Assembly (NCBI GenBank): GCA_039679675.1
Contig: JBDKUN010000029.1
Coordinates: 1-64,000 of the forward strand
DNA length: 64,000 bases
Direction: 5' to 3'
Source of the DNA: Armatimonadota bacterium
GTDB taxonomy: Bacteria; Armatimonadota; UBA5829; DTLH01
A program made the position numbers and the translations under genes. The notes under the pieces are model-generated. The model saw only the letters and a list, made by a program, of their open reading frames with translations, made no database searches and was not told the DNA's origin. Shown here in pieces: positions 60,786 to 64,000 of this stretch. How positions within the stretch are numbered: the first letter of the stretch is position 1; each line of letters opens with the position of its first letter.

Positions 60786-61484
60786 ATGAAACGCTATATG
60801 CCGATTATTACAGCACTGGCTTTACTTGCGATAGCAACGTCAGCCTATGGAATAACATTTTCGTCCCGCACAGAGAATATAGGCGGTATCCAGATCGGTG
60901 ATGTGGTTGTAGACAACCAGGTTCCCATCAGACTTCGGTTTTCGGCAGGTGGGCTTAGTCCTGCAGAGCGCGCTTCCTTAGTTGCTCAGCGGCTCTCCCA
61001 GATGAGTAACCTTTCTCCATCAGAAATAAGCGCCGGACGCATTGGGTCTTATTGGGGAGTCATCGCGAGAGGCGAAATGCTGATTACTGCAGACAGCGCA
61101 CATGCTGCAGCTAACAACACCACACCAAGCGGTCTTGCATCAGCTTGGGCAAGCCAACTCAGAAAAGCTATGACAGGAGCGCCGGTTGCAACTACACCGC
61201 CGACTACACCTGTACCGACAGGCAGCGGCCCATCAGAGGTAAAAACTGCGCAGAAAGTCGTGCCTATCATAAGTGTCGGAAGTGGGCTTCGTGTAGGCGC
61301 AGCTCTGGTCAGCGGATCAGCCGAACAGGTCGCCAAAGTGACCGCAGTTGCACAAGTTGAAGGACAATTCGGTAACAAGGTTAGGCTGCGCGGACTGGTT
61401 CCTATCGAAACGGAAAAAGTCATTGGCAACCTCAAACGAGTACCTGGAACAGCAGTAATTGCGGTGGCGGATTTGAAGCTGTAA
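60786..61484 (+). CDS. Secreted two-domain hypothetical protein; C-domain paralogous to the upstream gene
   Basis: Signal peptide, P/T linker, KVVPIISVGSG..VGAALVSG...VTAVAQVE. Confidence 0.8.
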   Translation: MKRYMPIITALALLAIATSAYGITFSSRTENIGGIQIGDVVVDNQVPIRLRFSAGGLSPAERASLVAQRLSQMSNLSPSEISAGRIGSYWGVIARGEMLITADSAHAAANNTTPSGLASAWASQLRKAMTGAPVATTPPTTPVPTGSGPSEVKTAQKVVPIISVGSGLRVGAALVSGSAEQVAKVTAVAQVEGQFGNKVRLRGLVPIETEKVIGNLKRVPGTAVIAVADLKL

Positions 61485-61561
61485 ATGAAAGCAGGCGCCC
61501 ATTTCTAATTATATGGGTGCCTGCCGTCATACGCTGTCATAAGTATTGCAGCGGATCGAGA

Positions 61562-61753
61562 TTAGCGCTGGGTTTTCTTTTTGCGTCCGCCGCCATGGCT
61601 TGCTTCGCCGCCCTTCCGGCCAGCGACCCTGGCTTCGCTGCTGTCCCACTCATGAGCAGTGCCTTTCTCATGGGCAGCACGACCACCCTTTCGCGCTATC
61701 TCTCTCTGCTTATTGGGGTCCATTGACGCAAACCCCCTCTGCCTGGTAGACAT
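61562..61753 (-). CDS. KGG-repeat general stress protein (GsiB/YciG-like)
   Basis: RGFASMDPNKQREIARKGG...EARVAGRKGG. Confidence 0.92.
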   Translation of the reverse strand: MSTRQRGFASMDPNKQREIARKGGRAAHEKGTAHEWDSSEARVAGRKGGEASHGGGRKKKTQR

Positions 61754-61808
61754 TCGGACACCTCCTTTGTCCATAACTAATCACTGTAGAGGTTGGTGTT
61801 TGTCTACT

Positions 61809-61835
61809 TTTACCCCAGGCTGATAATTGCTAAAC
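61809..61835 (-). promoter_or_regulatory. sigmaB-like promoter of the KGG gene
   Basis: Minus strand GTTTAG-N14-GGGTAAA. Confidence 0.65.
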
Positions 61836-61895
61836 TCCTCAGGCAGAAGGTTTGAATATTATGCTATTTATAAGCGAAATATATAGATCTTCAGC

Positions 61896-64000
61896 TCACT
61901 TTATAAAGAGCATTTCCGCATATGTCGGAAGTGGCCAGATCTCGGCATCTACAATCTCTTCCAGATTGTCAGCATCGGCCCGAACAGAGTTCATAGCCGG
62001 TATGACAACATCTCTGTAATATTCTCCCTGCTTATTCAAGTCGGAAATGCTGCCTGCATTTTCGACCGCCGATTCAAGCGCTATCACATTGGTGCGGAGA
62101 GAACTGATAAGCGCGCAGACTTCGTTCAGCAAATCTTTTTGTGCTGTGCAGCATGCCCCTGCAACTTCGCACGCAGTCTTTGCAGCGGCAAGGCTTCCCG
62201 AATAATCGATAACAGCAGGCAATATTTTGCGTTTTGCCATGTTAATGGCCGTCAGAGCTTCTATCCTGATCGTCTTGCAGTATCTTTCGAGAAGGATTTC
62301 ATACCTTGCGTGAAGTTCGTTCTTTGAAAGGACCCCATGCCGCGCGTACAACTCTGCAGCTTCCGGCTCCAGCATAGCCTTGAGGCTATCTACCGAGTTC
62401 CTTATATTAGGCAAACCGCGTTTTTCTGCTTCTTTTACCCAATCATCCGAGTAGTTGTCGCCGTTAAATACTATATTCATGTACTTCTTTGCAATATTGC
62501 GCAGTATTTCCTGAGCTTTTTTGTTGACGTCATCCGCCTTCTCAAGCTCATCAGCTATCTCAGAAAGCACATCAGCGACCGCTGTGTTCACTACATAGTT
62601 CGGTCCTGCTGTAGACTGGGTTGATCCGACCATTCTGAACTCGAATTTGTTGCCCGTAAATGCGAAAGGCGATGTTCTGTTTCTGTCAGTCGAGTCCAGC
62701 GGAAGCGGCGGTATCGTATCGATTCCGAGCTGCAGTTTTCCTCTGGCTTTGGATGTAGTCTTTGTACTGTTATTTGTTGAAATCTGATCGAGAATACCCG
62801 TTAACTGGTCTCCAAGAAAGATTGAAACTATAGCAGGCGGAGCTTCATTAGCGCCTAAGCGATATTCGTTCCCTGCGACGGCAACACATGATCTAATCAA
62901 CTTCGCATATTTATTGACTGCCTTAATTACAGCACAGAGAAAAATCAAAAATTGCTCGTTTTCGCTGGGTGTTTTGCCCGGTTCCAGAAGGTTTACTCCA
63001 TCGTCCGTGACCATACTCCAGTTGTTGTGCTTTCCTGAACCGTTGACGCCGGCAAACGGCTTCTCGTGGAGCAGGCACATCATATTGTGTCTCAACGCGA
63101 CCTTCTTCATTACCTCCATCGTAAGCTGGTTTTGGTCGGTTGCTACATTAACAGTTGCAAAAACCGGTGCAAGTTCGTATTGTGCAGGCGCGACTTCATT
63201 ATGCTGCGTTTTGGCCGATACTCCCAGTTTCCATAGTTCGCAGTTCACTTCGTTCATAAAACACGCAACACGCTCATGGATTGTGCCGAAGTAATGGTCA
63301 TCCATCTCCTGCCCTTTTGGAGGCATCGCGCCGAAAAGCGTTCTTCCGGTGAGTATAAGGTCCATCCTTTGATCTGCGTATTTCTTGTCGACCAGGAAAT
63401 ACTCCTGCTCTGCTCCCAGCGTGGTCATAACACGCTTCGTTGTGGTATTTCCAAGCGCTCTCAACACGCGCAAAGCTTGTTTGTTTATAGCAGCCATAGA
63501 GCGGAGAAGAGGGGTCTTTTTGTCCAACGCCTGGCTGTTATAAGAGCAGAATGCACTTGGAATATAGAGCGTGACAATGGAGCCGTTTTCTTTCACGAAT
63601 ACAGGTGATGTGCAGTCCCACGCTGTATAACCGCGCGCTTCGAACGTGGAACGAAGCCCTCCCGAAGGGAAAGAAGAAGCATCAGGTTCTCCCTGTATCA
63701 GTTCTTTGCCGCTGAACTCCATAATTGTGCGTCCATCGGCAGTCGGTGAGATAAAGGAATCGTGTTTTTCGGCAGTCACACCGGTCATTGGCTGGAACCA
63801 GTGGCAGAAGTGCGTAGCTCCCTTTTCGATAGCCCAGTCCTTCATCGCGTTGGCAACCACATTGGCAATCGACGGGTCCAGCGGCACTCCTTCATCTATT
63901 GTCTGCTTCATCATATTGAAAATATTCTTCGGCAGGCGCTCGCGCATAACCGCTTCGCTGAAAACATTCGTTCCGAAGAATTTTGCAACTGGTTCTTTCA
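61896..64000 (-). CDS. Glutamine synthetase type III (start at or just beyond the window edge)
   Basis: [61 protein letters not shown]. Confidence 0.95.
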   Translation of the reverse strand, partial: KEPVAKFFGTNVFSEAVMRERLPKNIFNMMKQTIDEGVPLDPSIANVVANAMKDWAIEKGATHFCHWFQPMTGVTAEKHDSFISPTADGRTIMEFSGKELIQGEPDASSFPSGGLRSTFEARGYTAWDCTSPVFVKENGSIVTLYIPSAFCSYNSQALDKKTPLLRSMAAINKQALRVLRALGNTTTKRVMTTLGAEQEYFLVDKKYADQRMDLILTGRTLFGAMPPKGQEMDDHYFGTIHERVACFMNEVNCELWKLGVSAKTQHNEVAPAQYELAPVFATVNVATDQNQLTMEVMKKVALRHNMMCLLHEKPFAGVNGSGKHNNWSMVTDDGVNLLEPGKTPSENEQFLIFLCAVIKAVNKYAKLIRSCVAVAGNEYRLGANEAPPAIVSIFLGDQLTGILDQISTNNSTKTTSKARGKLQLGIDTIPPLPLDSTDRNRTSPFAFTGNKFEFRMVGSTQSTAGPNYVVNTAVADVLSEIADELEKADDVNKKAQEILRNIAKKYMNIVFNGDNYSDDWVKEAEKRGLPNIRNSVDSLKAMLEPEAAELYARHGVLSKNELHARYEILLERYCKTIRIEALTAINMAKRKILPAVIDYSGSLAAAKTACEVAGACCTAQKDLLNEVCALISSLRTNVIALESAVENAGSISDLNKQGEYYRDVVIPAMNSVRADADNLEEIVDAEIWPLPTYAEMLFIK

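Overview
Bacterial chromosomal window. The gene content (PEP-CTERM protein, outer-membrane barrel, SpoIID, Firmicutes-like tilS/S1 synteny, secreted protein with a characteristic C-terminal domain) suggests a diderm Terrabacteria lineage such as Armatimonadota; this is an inference. Bases 1-~6110 are the end of a temperate prophage integrated at tRNA-Cys, with an ERF-like recombinase, Xis-like HTH, a Cro/CI switch with two palindromic operators, ImmA protease, cargo genes, a stand-alone integrase arm-domain mini-gene and a tyrosine integrase. The rest is mostly housekeeping and envelope genes: tilS, GH10-like/SpoIID, glycosyltransferases, gcvT-H-PA-PB plus lipoyl ligase, cysK/metB-like/Rrf2, two cyclophilins, bcd-etfBA, ROK/PIG-L, ilvC, ispH and type III glutamine synthetase. 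A decayed island lies beside tRNA-fMet. The best candidate for an undescribed system is the 7-gene minus-strand operon at 29288-35827: DUF1257-like, TPR, DUF2997-like, a Zn-ribbon/membrane/catalytically dead S26 peptidase, an orphan PilT ATPase, a PflX-like radical SAM enzyme and a Ycf46-like AAA+ ATPase. Also notable are a recurring sigmaB-like promoter (GTTT-N16-GGGTA) at four sites, a probable ATT start codon, and a switchable RNA leader before the integrase. All family assignments come from motif recognition by eye; no database searches were run.
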